Of a stretch of 64,000 nt of DNA, positions 41,300 through 50,835 are shown one piece after another. Numbering within the stretch: position 1 is the first letter of the stretch; each line of letters starts with the position of its first letter. Source of the DNA: an uncultured delta proteobacterium (lineage in GTDB: Bacteria > Myxococcota_A > Polyangia > Fen-1088); assembly GCA_963755125.1 (NCBI GenBank), contig CAVWIP010000014.1, positions 1 to 64,000 on the forward strand. The letters are read 5' to 3'. A program made the translations under genes and the position numbers. The notes below the pieces were generated by a model that saw nothing but the letters and a program-made list of their open reading frames with translations, ran no database searches and was not told where the DNA came from.

Positions 41300-43111
41300 T
41301 CACTGGACCAGCTCGTAGGCGCCGATGTCGAAGGCGCTGCCCTGTGGACGTGGATTGCCGTCGATATCGGTCGTGGCGCTGGTTGTCTTGCCGTGATCCA
41401 CGGCCGGGCTGCTCGATGTGAGATGAAAGTCGTAGGATGTCGGGTCCACGAACATGGGATCACCCGAAACGCTCGCGCTCAGGAACGATGGCGGCGTGCC
41501 GGCCCCGTACAACAGGTTGTTCGAGCCGCTGATGGTGGGCGCGTTCCCTGTGTCGGACGAGAAGTAGCTCTCGTTCGTCAAGGCAACGATCAGATTATCG
41601 TCCATTTGAACGCCCACCGGACCCGAGGCGAGGGCTATCGCGCCGGAAGAGCCTGTGCCGCGCGAGCCGCAATTGTATAGCGTGTTGTTGTAGAGCTGCA
41701 CATTGCCGCTGCCCGGCGAGCCCTGGTTGGTGATGTTGGCGACGTAGATGCACGTGTAGTCCGATGAGCCGTCGGCGGGGTCGGGGCCCTGGCCGACATC
41801 GTAGATCACGTTGTTGTAGGCGACGACCGCTCCCTGCGATGGGTCGACGCTGGCGAAATTGAGCCCATCGCACACGGTGCCGTGAATCACGTTGTCGTGT
41901 ACCACCAGATCGAATTCGTTGGGGCCGGCCGAGTCGTGAAACTGGATTGCCCGGCAGGTCTTGCCATCGCGTACTGTGTTCCAGCCCAGCTCGATGGAAT
42001 CCGATCCGAAGTAGATGCCGTGATAGTACTTGGTGATTGTGGCAACGTTGGCCGCCGCATCGTGCACGACGTTTCCGAATAGCTTGAGCCCCGCCGTGTT
42101 GTCGCCTTGGCCGCCGGTCACACAACCACTCTCGCCAGAGCCGTTGGGGCAAGAGATGTCGTTCCCCACGATCCGCCAACCCACGGCGCCGCCTTCCAGA
42201 TCGATGGCCTCAGTCTCGCCGCGTATGGAAAGTTGCGAGATGACCCAATAGTCAAACGTCCCTGCGATCGCGGGCGTCAGGATGCCGCGTTCAAGGCCAG
42301 AAACCACGCCGATGGTGACGCTGGCCCCCGGATAGGCCACCAGGGCCTTGGGGGCGTTCGCGGTTCCCGAGTTGGCGCCGTCGTTGCTGCTCATACCGAG
42401 CGCGCAGCCATAGGGCGATGAAGAATCCTCCACGGTTTGCGCAAGTGTGTCGCCGGCACTTGTGCCCAGGTAGGCGATGTCCCCCGCCGAGAGGCTGTTC
42501 TTTGCCTTGGGAATCGTCTTCCAAGGGTTGGCGAAACTGCCATCGTTCGAGTCGCTGCCGCTCGCAGTGACGAAGTAGATCGCGCTAGCGCGCACGGTGA
42601 ATGGCAGAGCATTGCTGTCGCCCTTGCCGGGGACGTGCACCACAATGTCGCCTGTCTTTGCGCTCCCTCCGAGCTGAAACGTGATTTTGGTATTCGTCCA
42701 GATTAGATAGTTGTCCGCCGCACTGCCGCCGATCGTCACTGTGGACGTTCCCTGCGTGTCCCCGAATCCGTTGCCGAAGACCGTGACGTAGGCGCCTTTG
42801 CCGGACTGGCCGCCGCTATTGGGACCGCTGGTCAAGTCGGAGAAGAACAAGGAAAGGCCAGCGATCGGCGCGGGGCCTGTGGAAGCAGACGTGCCGCCTC
42901 TGTTGCTGGCGCCACCCGCGCTGCCCGTGATGCCGCCACTATTTCCGCCCGATGCAGCGGAAGAGATCTGATTGTCTCCACCGCCGGTGGAACTTTGTCC
43001 GCCGCTGCCCCCGATCGCGCCGGCGTCTGCGCTTCGAGGTGCCGCGCCGCCACAAGCCGGCAGCACCATCGACCCAACCGCAAACATGGCTAGCAAATGA
43101 CTTGAGGGCAT
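41300..43111 (-). CDS. Secreted lipoprotein: Gly/Ser linker, IPT/TIG-like domain, right-handed beta-helix, choice-of-anchor-Q-like tail
   Basis: LPAC lipobox; VTVFGNGFG..QG.STVTIG; GSDSNDGSFANPWKTI; NN.I/NNT repeats; DFHL...SPAVD.G...DIDGNPRPQGSAFDIGAYE. Confidence 0.8.
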   Translation of the reverse strand: MPSSHLLAMFAVGSMVLPACGGAAPRSADAGAIGGSGGQSSTGGGDNQISSAASGGNSGGITGSAGGASNRGGTSASTGPAPIAGLSLFFSDLTSGPNSGGQSGKGAYVTVFGNGFGDTQGTSTVTIGGSAADNYLIWTNTKITFQLGGSAKTGDIVVHVPGKGDSNALPFTVRASAIYFVTASGSDSNDGSFANPWKTIPKAKNSLSAGDIAYLGTSAGDTLAQTVEDSSSPYGCALGMSSNDGANSGTANAPKALVAYPGASVTIGVVSGLERGILTPAIAGTFDYWVISQLSIRGETEAIDLEGGAVGWRIVGNDISCPNGSGESGCVTGGQGDNTAGLKLFGNVVHDAAANVATITKYYHGIYFGSDSIELGWNTVRDGKTCRAIQFHDSAGPNEFDLVVHDNVIHGTVCDGLNFASVDPSQGAVVAYNNVIYDVGQGPDPADGSSDYTCIYVANITNQGSPGSGNVQLYNNTLYNCGSRGTGSSGAIALASGPVGVQMDDNLIVALTNESYFSSDTGNAPTISGSNNLLYGAGTPPSFLSASVSGDPMFVDPTSYDFHLTSSSPAVDHGKTTSATTDIDGNPRPQGSAFDIGAYELVQ

Positions 43112-43465
43112 GGGCTAAAGCCTACACTATCCACCACGACTCGATTGACATTCGCGGACGCGGGCGTCACTCCAACCGATGTGTCAAACCGTCCGGCGCT
43201 CTCGTGCCGCCGGTCATTAATTCTGCGAGGAATGGACGGCCGATCCATCCCCGGCCGCTGCGTTGCTTCTCGGTCACATAGGTCGATACTCCCTCGTCGC
43301 GCCTCGCGGCCGGGGCGCCTCAATGGCCCCTCCCCTCGACAATTTCTGACCGGCATAACCGGCCTAGGCCCTTTCCAGCAAGGCCACCGTGGTCATGGCT
43401 ATGGCGAGCGCAGCAGCCCTGTCTGCGAAGCAGTTCTCGATTCCGCGCTCGCCAGCCTGCGCTCT

Positions 43466-44017
43466 CTACTTGGCCTTCTTGAGCGACTGCGCGAGCTTCA
43501 CGGCCTCGCCAACGCCCTTGTCCTTCGCCATCTGCTTAACCTTGGCGCGGTCGGCGCCAGCGAGCGATTTCAAGGAGCCCAGGTACTGCCCTTGCAGTTT
43601 GCGCGCCTTCTTGACCGCCGCAGTGATCTTGGGCGCCTTCTTTGCCACCGCAGGCTTCGCGCCGGTGGACTGGGTCGCGCTGGCAGCTCTCCGCTCCTCG
43701 CGGTACTTCCTGATCTTGGCCTTGGGCACGTTCTTGTGCGCTTTGCACACCATTCCGAAGACTGGTGCCGCCGGGTTTTTGCAGCCGGGCACCGGGCAGA
43801 GCTGCTTCGGGGGCTTCTTGCGCGCTGACACGGGCGCCAGATGCGCCACGGTCTGCTTCGGCGGGCGGCCGGGCCCGCGCTTCTGCGGGATCCCGAAGGC
43901 ACCGGCGAGGGCAGCCTGGATACGCTGAGCGGTGGCCGCTTCCACGGCAGCAACAAGCTGACGGGTGAAGGTCTCGACCAGGGAGGTGACGTTCAGAGCG
44001 ACGGATGGGTTGGGCAT
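43466..44017 (-). CDS. Basic histone-like DNA-binding protein with AT-hook-like and Cys/His Zn-finger motifs
   Basis: CAGGAG RBS; KRGPGRPPK; CPVPGC...VCKAH; Lys/Ala-rich C-terminus. Confidence 0.75.
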   Translation of the reverse strand: MPNPSVALNVTSLVETFTRQLVAAVEAATAQRIQAALAGAFGIPQKRGPGRPPKQTVAHLAPVSARKKPPKQLCPVPGCKNPAAPVFGMVCKAHKNVPKAKIRKYREERRAASATQSTGAKPAVAKKAPKITAAVKKARKLQGQYLGSLKSLAGADRAKVKQMAKDKGVGEAVKLAQSLKKAK

Positions 44018-44147
44018 TGGTTCTCCTGTGTGATTTCTCCGGCACATCCTATTGCGCATGCGCGAGAAGTGCAACCATCGATATGCAAATGTGGTTGGGG
44101 TATACTTTCAAGCGTGATCGTGGCGGAATCGCAACCCGAAAAGGCCA

Positions 44148-45299
44148 GTGATGGGTAGGTCACTGCTATCGTTGCTTCTGGCGTTCGGGTTCTCCAGTGC
44201 GGTTGGCTCCTGCGGGGGACGGCAAACCGGCACGCCTTCCGGTACCGGCGGGCGCGCATCCACGGCAGGGGGCCCGGGCGGGTCGGCCGGATCACTGCAA
44301 TCGCATACGGCTGGCTCCACTGGCAGTGGCGGCGGGACGGACGGAAGTACAGGCGTGGGCGGGGCTAGCAGCACGGGTGGCGCGATCGGCGCAGGAGGTT
44401 CCAGTGGGGTCGACGGCGGCAGTGGGGCGACGTGCAGCTATCAGCCGGCGGAATGGATCGTCGCGCGCTGGCCCATGCCCAATCCCGCGGCCAGTGGATT
44501 GCCCAATCCCTCCAGCTACACCGACAACGGAGACGGAACAGTGAAGGACAACGTGACCGGGCTGGTTTGGCAGAAGAGCGTGGCGAGCACGCAGGTTTAT
44601 GCCTGGTGCGACGCCATCGCCTATTGCGCTAGCCTGCAACTCGCGGGACGGACCTGGCACCTACCGACCCGTATTGAGTTGCTCTCTATTGTGGATTTCC
44701 TGCACACGAGTCCGGCCATCGATACCACCGCCTTTCCCGGTACCCCAGGCGGCAAGTACCATTGGACGTCTTCCCCGTGGGTGGTATCGCAGATTGCCAG
44801 CAAGCCGCAGTACTCGTGGATCGTCAATTTTTACGAAGGACTGACCAGCAATGCGGGCGGCCGGACTCTCGCCGAATACGCTCGTTGCGTCTCGTCGCCG
44901 ACCAACCCCTTGCCAGCTCAACGGTACACCCAGGTGGCCACCGGCGAGGTCCAGGATGTGGAAACCGGCCTCATCTGGGTCCAGGCCAGTTCGTCAGCGA
45001 CCATGGCCTTCGATGCGGCCCAGACCTACTGTTCGACATTGAACCTCAACGGCCACACCTGGCGTGTGCCGAGCATAAAGGAATTGTCCACGCTTGTGGA
45101 CGAGGTGCCTCCCATCAGCAAGGTCTCGCCGGCAATCGACACGACGACGTTTCCCGATACGTCGTCGTCAGGGCCGTACTGGTCTTCCTCGCTGTTCGGT
45201 GGCCAGGCGGCCACGGCTCACGACCCATGGGTCATCAACTACATGGACGGGTTCACCGAATATAACCAGACGGCTGCTCTGGTTCGCTGCGTGCGTTGA
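44148..45299 (+). CDS. Lipoprotein with two DUF1566 (Lcl C-terminal) domains
   Basis: YTDNGDGTVKDNVTGLVWQ...WHLPTRIEL...YARCV and D.ETGLIW...WRVPSIKEL...VRCVR; VGSC lipobox; Gly linker. Confidence 0.88.
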   Translation: MMGRSLLSLLLAFGFSSAVGSCGGRQTGTPSGTGGRASTAGGPGGSAGSLQSHTAGSTGSGGGTDGSTGVGGASSTGGAIGAGGSSGVDGGSGATCSYQPAEWIVARWPMPNPAASGLPNPSSYTDNGDGTVKDNVTGLVWQKSVASTQVYAWCDAIAYCASLQLAGRTWHLPTRIELLSIVDFLHTSPAIDTTAFPGTPGGKYHWTSSPWVVSQIASKPQYSWIVNFYEGLTSNAGGRTLAEYARCVSSPTNPLPAQRYTQVATGEVQDVETGLIWVQASSSATMAFDAAQTYCSTLNLNGHTWRVPSIKELSTLVDEVPPISKVSPAIDTTTFPDTSSSGPYWSSSLFGGQAATAHDPWVINYMDGFTEYNQTAALVRCVR

Positions 45300-45314
45300 C
45301 GGTTGCTTTGGCCG

Positions 45315-46103
45315 TCAGTCGAACTGCACCGATCGCTTGGTGAACGCCCCTTCCATCCACCAGCCGGTGATGGGGAAGGTTGTCCGTGGCCGGTCGTCGG
45401 CCACCGCGCCGGCCGCCACCAGCAGTGGCGCGTAGTGCTCCCAGGTTGGCAGGGCCATGTGGGCCGCAGGGGCGCGTGCCTGAAAGTCGAGAAGCGCGTC
45501 GGCATCGAAGCGTAGGAGCGCGTCGGCTGCCCAGGCGTCGAAGTCCCTCGCCCATGAGGGGATGCCGGGGCGGAAGGCATAGCGCATGTTGTGCGTGATG
45601 AATCCGCTGCCGAAAATCAGCACCCCTTCGTGGCGCAGCGGTGCGAGCGACTGGCCGAGCCTGAAGAGTTCCTGGGCGTCCAGGCCGGGCATCGACACCT
45701 GTAGCACCGGGACATCCGCGTCGGGATACATCGGCACCAGCGGGACATAGGCCCCGTGGTCGAGCCCGCGCTCCGGGTCTTCGGCAACCGGCAGTTTCTT
45801 CTGTCGCAGAAACTCGCGCACGCGCGCGGCGAGATCGGGCGCACCGGGCGCGGGGTAGCGGGTCTGGTAGTAGCGCTCGGGGAAGCCATAGAAGTCGTAG
45901 ATGAGCGGCCTCGTCCTGGTGGCGCCCAGGGTGGTGGGCTGCTCCTCCCAGTGCGCCGAGATCATGAGGATGCTTGTTGGCTTCGGCATCGCCTTCGCCC
46001 AAGCGGCAAGTTCGGCCATCCACCCAGCGTCGTCGAGCAAGACCGGCGCGCCGTGCGCCGCGAAGATGACCGGCATCGATCTCAAACCGAGATCCTCGCG
46101 CAT
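45315..46103 (-). CDS. Extradiol dioxygenase, LigB/DOPA 4,5-dioxygenase (YgiD-like)
   Basis: AHGAP, ISAHW, IYDFYGFP, RGLDHG, GSGFITHN, EHYAPL; start may be 46076. Confidence 0.92.
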   Translation of the reverse strand: MREDLGLRSMPVIFAAHGAPVLLDDAGWMAELAAWAKAMPKPTSILMISAHWEEQPTTLGATRTRPLIYDFYGFPERYYQTRYPAPGAPDLAARVREFLRQKKLPVAEDPERGLDHGAYVPLVPMYPDADVPVLQVSMPGLDAQELFRLGQSLAPLRHEGVLIFGSGFITHNMRYAFRPGIPSWARDFDAWAADALLRFDADALLDFQARAPAAHMALPTWEHYAPLLVAAGAVADDRPRTTFPITGWWMEGAFTKRSVQFD

Positions 46104-46278
46104 GCTCTGCAGATTCTCTTCGCGTTCCACCTCGCAATTCGATGCCGCTGGCCGCGGGTCGTTACCGGGCGGCTCGCGATGGTGGCGCGAACCGCCACGG
46201 CACACGAAACGCGATCCTTCGCGCGGGTGAGGGCGGGACATTCACGGGCCACGTGGTAAAAGCTGGGCTCGATTCGCC

Positions 46279-47076
46279 ATGCGGCCGAGTATCGCACGCA
46301 ACACCGTGGCGTCCGAACGTGACGTCAGCGTCGGACCATGGTCCGACGGCGAGCGGGCGCGGCGCTACGACTCTACCGAGAACCGCCACTTCTACCGGAC
46401 GTTGCTGGCACGGTTGGTTGCTGACGCTGGGCCACTGACTGGCGGGCGCGGGCTCGACCTGGGTTGTGGTAGTGGCTTTGCGACGGAAGGGCTGTTGCGG
46501 GCGTTTCCTGGTGTCGCCTGGCAGGGTGTGGACGTGTCGTCGCCCATGCTGGCACGGGCAGCGTGCAAGCCGACGCTCGCGGCGGTTCCGCTGCGCCACG
46601 CGGCTGCCGAGGCGTTGCCGTATGCCACGGGCTCGCTCGACGTGGTGGTGAGCAATTTCTCTTGGCACTGGTTCGGGCCTGCTGCCGCAGGCGAGGTGCT
46701 GCGGGTGCTGCGGCCTGGCGGGTGGCTCTTGGTGAGCGCGCCCCTGCGCCGGTTCAGCAGTGCGGAGGGCAATCGCTGGCTGGCCCGGCAACTGCACGCG
46801 CGTCGGGGCGGCTTTTGCCGGCTTGCCAGCCAGGGCTTGCGGATCGAAGAGATGGCCAGCCTGTTGCCCGGGGAGCTGCGCACCCACCGCGTCGAGTCGG
46901 TGGCGATCGAGGAGCGATTTGTCGACGCTTCCGCGCTGCTCGCCACCTTGGAAAGCCGTGGGTCGCTGCATGCAATCTTTGGTGCCGACGGGTTGCGGGC
47001 GTCCGGAGAATGGCCCGCGGGCAGCTTGGCCTTCGAGTGGCACGTGGGGCTGTTGCACGCGCAGGTCGGACCGTGA
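46279..47076 (+). CDS. Class I SAM-dependent methyltransferase
   Basis: GLDLGCGSG, GVDVSSPML, AEALPY..GSLDVVVSNFSWHW. Confidence 0.88.
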   Translation: MRPSIARNTVASERDVSVGPWSDGERARRYDSTENRHFYRTLLARLVADAGPLTGGRGLDLGCGSGFATEGLLRAFPGVAWQGVDVSSPMLARAACKPTLAAVPLRHAAAEALPYATGSLDVVVSNFSWHWFGPAAAGEVLRVLRPGGWLLVSAPLRRFSSAEGNRWLARQLHARRGGFCRLASQGLRIEEMASLLPGELRTHRVESVAIEERFVDASALLATLESRGSLHAIFGADGLRASGEWPAGSLAFEWHVGLLHAQVGP

Positions 47077-48179
47077 CGCGCGATCCGGGCCCGATCGTTA
47101 TCATCGGTGCCGGCATGGCCGGGGTGGCGACCGCCTTTCACCTCGGGCAGCGTGGGGTGCGCGAGATCGTCATCGTGGAGCGTGAGGCGCAGGTGGCGGC
47201 GCACGCGTCTGGGCGGAACGCAGGTATCTTCCGCCTGCTCGACCGGGATCGTTCGAACGTGCTGCTTGCGCAGGAAACCCAGGCGCAGCTTGCAGCCATG
47301 TCGTGGTCTCAGGACGTGGTTCGATCGGGCGGGGCGTTGACTGTGGTCGCGGCGGAGGGGCTGGCTCGGCTGCAAGCTCTGGCGCAGGTGGCGCGAGCGG
47401 AGGGCGTGGAGCTAACCGAATGGACGCCAGGCCGTGCCGCGGATGTGGTCCCCGCCCTCGATGCCAGCCGGATCGCCGGCGTGTTGCACGTACCCGGCGA
47501 AGGCACCATCGACATCCACCGCCTGGTGCACGGCACTCTCGAACGAGCGCGCGCGGCTGGCGGGCAGGTGCGTCTTGCGTGCGAGGTGCGCGAGGTGCGC
47601 GTGAGAGAGGGCCGTGTCTGCGGCGTGACGACGGACGCAGGCGAGATCGAAGCCTCGGTTGTGGTGAACGCGGCCGGCGCCTGGGCCGGTGAGCTGGGTC
47701 GTCAGGCGGGCGCAACCTCGCTGCCCGTGCAGCCTGTGCGGCGGCACCTGGCGTTCTTGCGAGTTGCGGGCTCGGCTTCGGCGTGGCCCGTGGTCTGGGA
47801 TCTGTCGACGCCGTTCTACTTCCGTCCTGAATCGGGCGGCGTGCTGGTGAGTCTGTGCGAGGAGATCCCGTCACAGCCTGGTGACGAATCCTGCGACGAT
47901 CACCTGGCCGAGCGGTTGGCCGCCGGGATGCACGGCTTGCGGCCGCCACTCGACGACGCCCACCTGGTGCGCGCGTGGGCGTGTCAGCGGACCATGACGC
48001 CGGATGCTCGTTTCGTAATCGGGCCTGACCCCAGGCTGGAAGGGTTCTTCTGGGTTGCGGGGTTGGGCGGCCACGGCATGTCAGCCGGTCTGGCCGCAGG
48101 CCGCGTGGCCGCGGATCTGATCCTGGGCGAGCATCTTGCCGAGGCCGAGGTTCTCTCTCCTAGGCGCTTTGGCCGGTAG
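47073..48179 (+). CDS. FAD-dependent oxidoreductase (DAO/DadA-like)
   Basis: IIGAGMAG, ASGRNAG, VVNAAGAWA, TPD.RFVIG, AGLGGHG. Confidence 0.9.
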   Translation: MTRDPGPIVIIGAGMAGVATAFHLGQRGVREIVIVEREAQVAAHASGRNAGIFRLLDRDRSNVLLAQETQAQLAAMSWSQDVVRSGGALTVVAAEGLARLQALAQVARAEGVELTEWTPGRAADVVPALDASRIAGVLHVPGEGTIDIHRLVHGTLERARAAGGQVRLACEVREVRVREGRVCGVTTDAGEIEASVVVNAAGAWAGELGRQAGATSLPVQPVRRHLAFLRVAGSASAWPVVWDLSTPFYFRPESGGVLVSLCEEIPSQPGDESCDDHLAERLAAGMHGLRPPLDDAHLVRAWACQRTMTPDARFVIGPDPRLEGFFWVAGLGGHGMSAGLAAGRVAADLILGEHLAEAEVLSPRRFGR

Positions 48180-48267
48180 GTTTGCATGGCCGGAAGAGAG
48201 TCGTGGTCGGTGGAGAAAGAGTTCCTTGCGACGGTGGCAGGGCGCTGGTATTGCCTTCGGTAGACTC

Positions 48268-49647
48268 ATGAAACGCGTCGTCGTCGTCGGGGCCGGAATC
48301 TCCGGCCTGTCGCTCGCTTTCGAGCTGCAACGGATCGGGGTTTCCGTGCTGGTGCTGGAGAGTGAGCGGCGCGCGGGCGGCAAGATCGAGACCGATCGGC
48401 GCGATGGCTACATCTGTGAGCGCGGGCCGGCCAGCTATCTCGACCGGCACAACAGCATCGCGCCGTTGGCGCGCAGCCTGGGCATCGAAGGCCGCGTGCT
48501 TCCGGCCTTCGACGCTGGCGAGCGCCGATTGGTGGTGGCGGACGGCAGACTGCACGACACGCCGCTGGACGCAGCGGCATTCTTGCGGTCGCGGCTTCTG
48601 CCCCTGTCGGCCAAGCTGCGCATGCTGGCCGATCTGGTGCTGCCCCGTGGCCCGTCGGCGCGTGGCCAGGAGGAATCCGTCACCGCGTTCGCCAGTCGGC
48701 GCCTGGGCGTGCTGGCCGGCGAGCGTTTGCTGCAGCCGCTGGTTTCCGGGCTGTACGCGGGCGATCCCGATGCGGTCAGCTTGCCAGCCGCGTTTCCGCT
48801 CATGGCCGCGCTGGAGCGGGAGCATCGGAGCCTAATCCTGGGCTTGCGCGCTGATCTCAAGCAACAGCGGGCGAGGCGTCAGACGGCCAGCGATGCGCCC
48901 CAGCTGTCATCGTTCGTCACCGGGCTGGATGAGCTGACCACGGCGCTGGCCAGCAGGCTGGGCGATCGGCTTCGGCTGGGTGCGCGCGTCGTTCAGGTAG
49001 AGCGCACCGCCAGTGGCTTTCGCCTAGCGGTCGACGAGAATGGGAGCAGTGGCACCATGGACGGCGACGCTGTGGTGCTGGCCATTCCGGCACACCAAGC
49101 CTGTGCTGTGGTCCGGCCGCTGGATTGCGATCTGTCCGAGATCCTGGCGCGCATCCCCTATGTCCCAGTTGCGCTGGTGCACCTGGGCTATTTCTCCTCG
49201 GCGCTGCTGCGGCCGATGGACGCCTACGGGTTCTTCGTGCCCGCCTCCGAGCCCCTGAAGGTCGTCGGCGCGATCTTTGCGTCGGCCATCTTTCCGAATC
49301 GTGCACCGACCCGGTTTTCGCTCTTCTCGGTGCGCACCGGCGGTGCCCGCCATCCTGAAACTGCAAGCCTGCCTGACGAAGAGTTGACGGCGTTGGCCCA
49401 CGCGGACCTTCGCGGCCTGCTGGGCCTGACCGCGCCGCCCGCCTTCGCGCACGTTGTCCGGCACGAGCGCGGCTTGCCACAGTACACGCTCGGGCACATG
49501 GACCGTGTGGCTGCCCTGGAATCCGGCGAGCGGCGCTACCCCGGCCTGTATTTTCACGGCAACGCCTATCACAACGCCGGCGTGCCCGAACTGGTCGGCC
49601 GATCGGGCAAGCTGGCGCGCAGGCTGGCGGAGGAGCTTTCACGATGA
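48268..49647 (+). CDS. hemG: Protoporphyrinogen/coproporphyrinogen oxidase, HemY-type
   Basis: VVGAGISGLS, E...R.GGKI.T....GY..E.GP, GLYAGDP, LPQYTLGH. Confidence 0.88.
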   Translation: MKRVVVVGAGISGLSLAFELQRIGVSVLVLESERRAGGKIETDRRDGYICERGPASYLDRHNSIAPLARSLGIEGRVLPAFDAGERRLVVADGRLHDTPLDAAAFLRSRLLPLSAKLRMLADLVLPRGPSARGQEESVTAFASRRLGVLAGERLLQPLVSGLYAGDPDAVSLPAAFPLMAALEREHRSLILGLRADLKQQRARRQTASDAPQLSSFVTGLDELTTALASRLGDRLRLGARVVQVERTASGFRLAVDENGSSGTMDGDAVVLAIPAHQACAVVRPLDCDLSEILARIPYVPVALVHLGYFSSALLRPMDAYGFFVPASEPLKVVGAIFASAIFPNRAPTRFSLFSVRTGGARHPETASLPDEELTALAHADLRGLLGLTAPPAFAHVVRHERGLPQYTLGHMDRVAALESGERRYPGLYFHGNAYHNAGVPELVGRSGKLARRLAEELSR

Positions 49648-50696
49648 GAGAAGTTCTGGAAGCGGCTCTCTTGCGCGAACTGGGTGCTACCTGGCGCGAG
49701 ATCAGCGGCAACCACTTCCGCGGTCGGTTGCAGCCGCCGGTGTTCGCCTTGCACGATGCCGGTGCGCGCCTGGGATTCTGGGAGCGCCGCAGCCGTACCC
49801 TCTCACTGGCGCGCTCGCTGGTCTATGACCAGCCCTGGGGCGTGGTGCGCGAGGTGCTCAAGCACGAGATCGCGCATCAGTATGTCGACGAGGTCATGGC
49901 CGTCGACGACCAGAGCGCGCACGGTCCGGCCTTCGAGAATCTGTGCCGGCAGCATGGCTTCGATCCGTCGGCGCGCGGTTTGCCCCAGGCGGCAGGCGGT
50001 GACGGCAACCCGGTGCTGCGCCGGATCGCGCGCTTGCTCGCCCTGGCCGAGAGCCCAAATCTGCACGAGGCCGAGGCTGCCATGAACACGGCGCAACGGC
50101 TGATGCTCAAGCACAACATCGACCAGACGGTAGCGCGGGCCAGCGAGGGCTTCGCCTTCCGGCACCTGGGCCGGCCCAGCGGCCGCATCGAGGCGGCCGA
50201 GCATGTGCTGGCGGGCATACTGGCGCGCCACTTCTTCGTCGAGGTGATCTGGGTGCCGTACTACGTGCCCAGCGAGGGGCGGCGAGGTCGCGTGCTGGAG
50301 GTCTGTGGCTCCTTGTCCAATCTGGAAGTGGCGACGTACGTGCACGGGTTTCTGCTCGAGACGGCGGAACGTCTGTGGCGCGAGCACAGGCGTCGCCACG
50401 GCATCGCCAGCAACCGCGAGCGACGGCGTTTCATGGCCGGGGTGATGATTGGTTTCGACGAGAAGCTGAAGTCGGGTGCCGCCGAGAGCCGGCGCGAGGG
50501 CCTGATCTGGGTGGGCGATCCCGCGCTGGCCAGCTATCTGCGCCAGCGCTATCCGCGCACGACACGTGGTTCGGGCATCGGCCTTTACCGGACCGAGGCC
50601 TACGAGCACGGTCGCAAGGCCGGGCGCGAGATCGTGTTGCACCGGCCGGTCAGCGGGAGCAGCGAACGAGGACGCCTGCTGGGCCCGGTTCGGTGA
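49644..50696 (+). CDS. SprT-like metalloprotease fused to a DUF2786-like domain
   Basis: EVLKHEIAHQY...HGPAF; RIARLLALAESPNLHEAEAAM..AQRLMLKHNI. Confidence 0.8.
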   Translation: MREVLEAALLRELGATWREISGNHFRGRLQPPVFALHDAGARLGFWERRSRTLSLARSLVYDQPWGVVREVLKHEIAHQYVDEVMAVDDQSAHGPAFENLCRQHGFDPSARGLPQAAGGDGNPVLRRIARLLALAESPNLHEAEAAMNTAQRLMLKHNIDQTVARASEGFAFRHLGRPSGRIEAAEHVLAGILARHFFVEVIWVPYYVPSEGRRGRVLEVCGSLSNLEVATYVHGFLLETAERLWREHRRRHGIASNRERRRFMAGVMIGFDEKLKSGAAESRREGLIWVGDPALASYLRQRYPRTTRGSGIGLYRTEAYEHGRKAGREIVLHRPVSGSSERGRLLGPVR

Positions 50697-50835
50697 ATGG
50701 TCATGTGGGCGTGACGTCCTCCAGCCCCGTGCCATGAGCTTGCCGGTGGCTGGCGCCGGGGCCACCAGCACAGGCTCTCAGGCAAGATCCATCGCTCAGC
50801 GCGCACCTTCTTCTCGCGAGTTCCGATAAACTCGC

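Noticed and set aside
44148..45299. DUF1566 protein as a diversity-generating retroelement target
   Set aside because: No reverse transcriptase and no near-identical template repeat differing only at adenines was seen in the window. The two domains are old, diverged duplicates.
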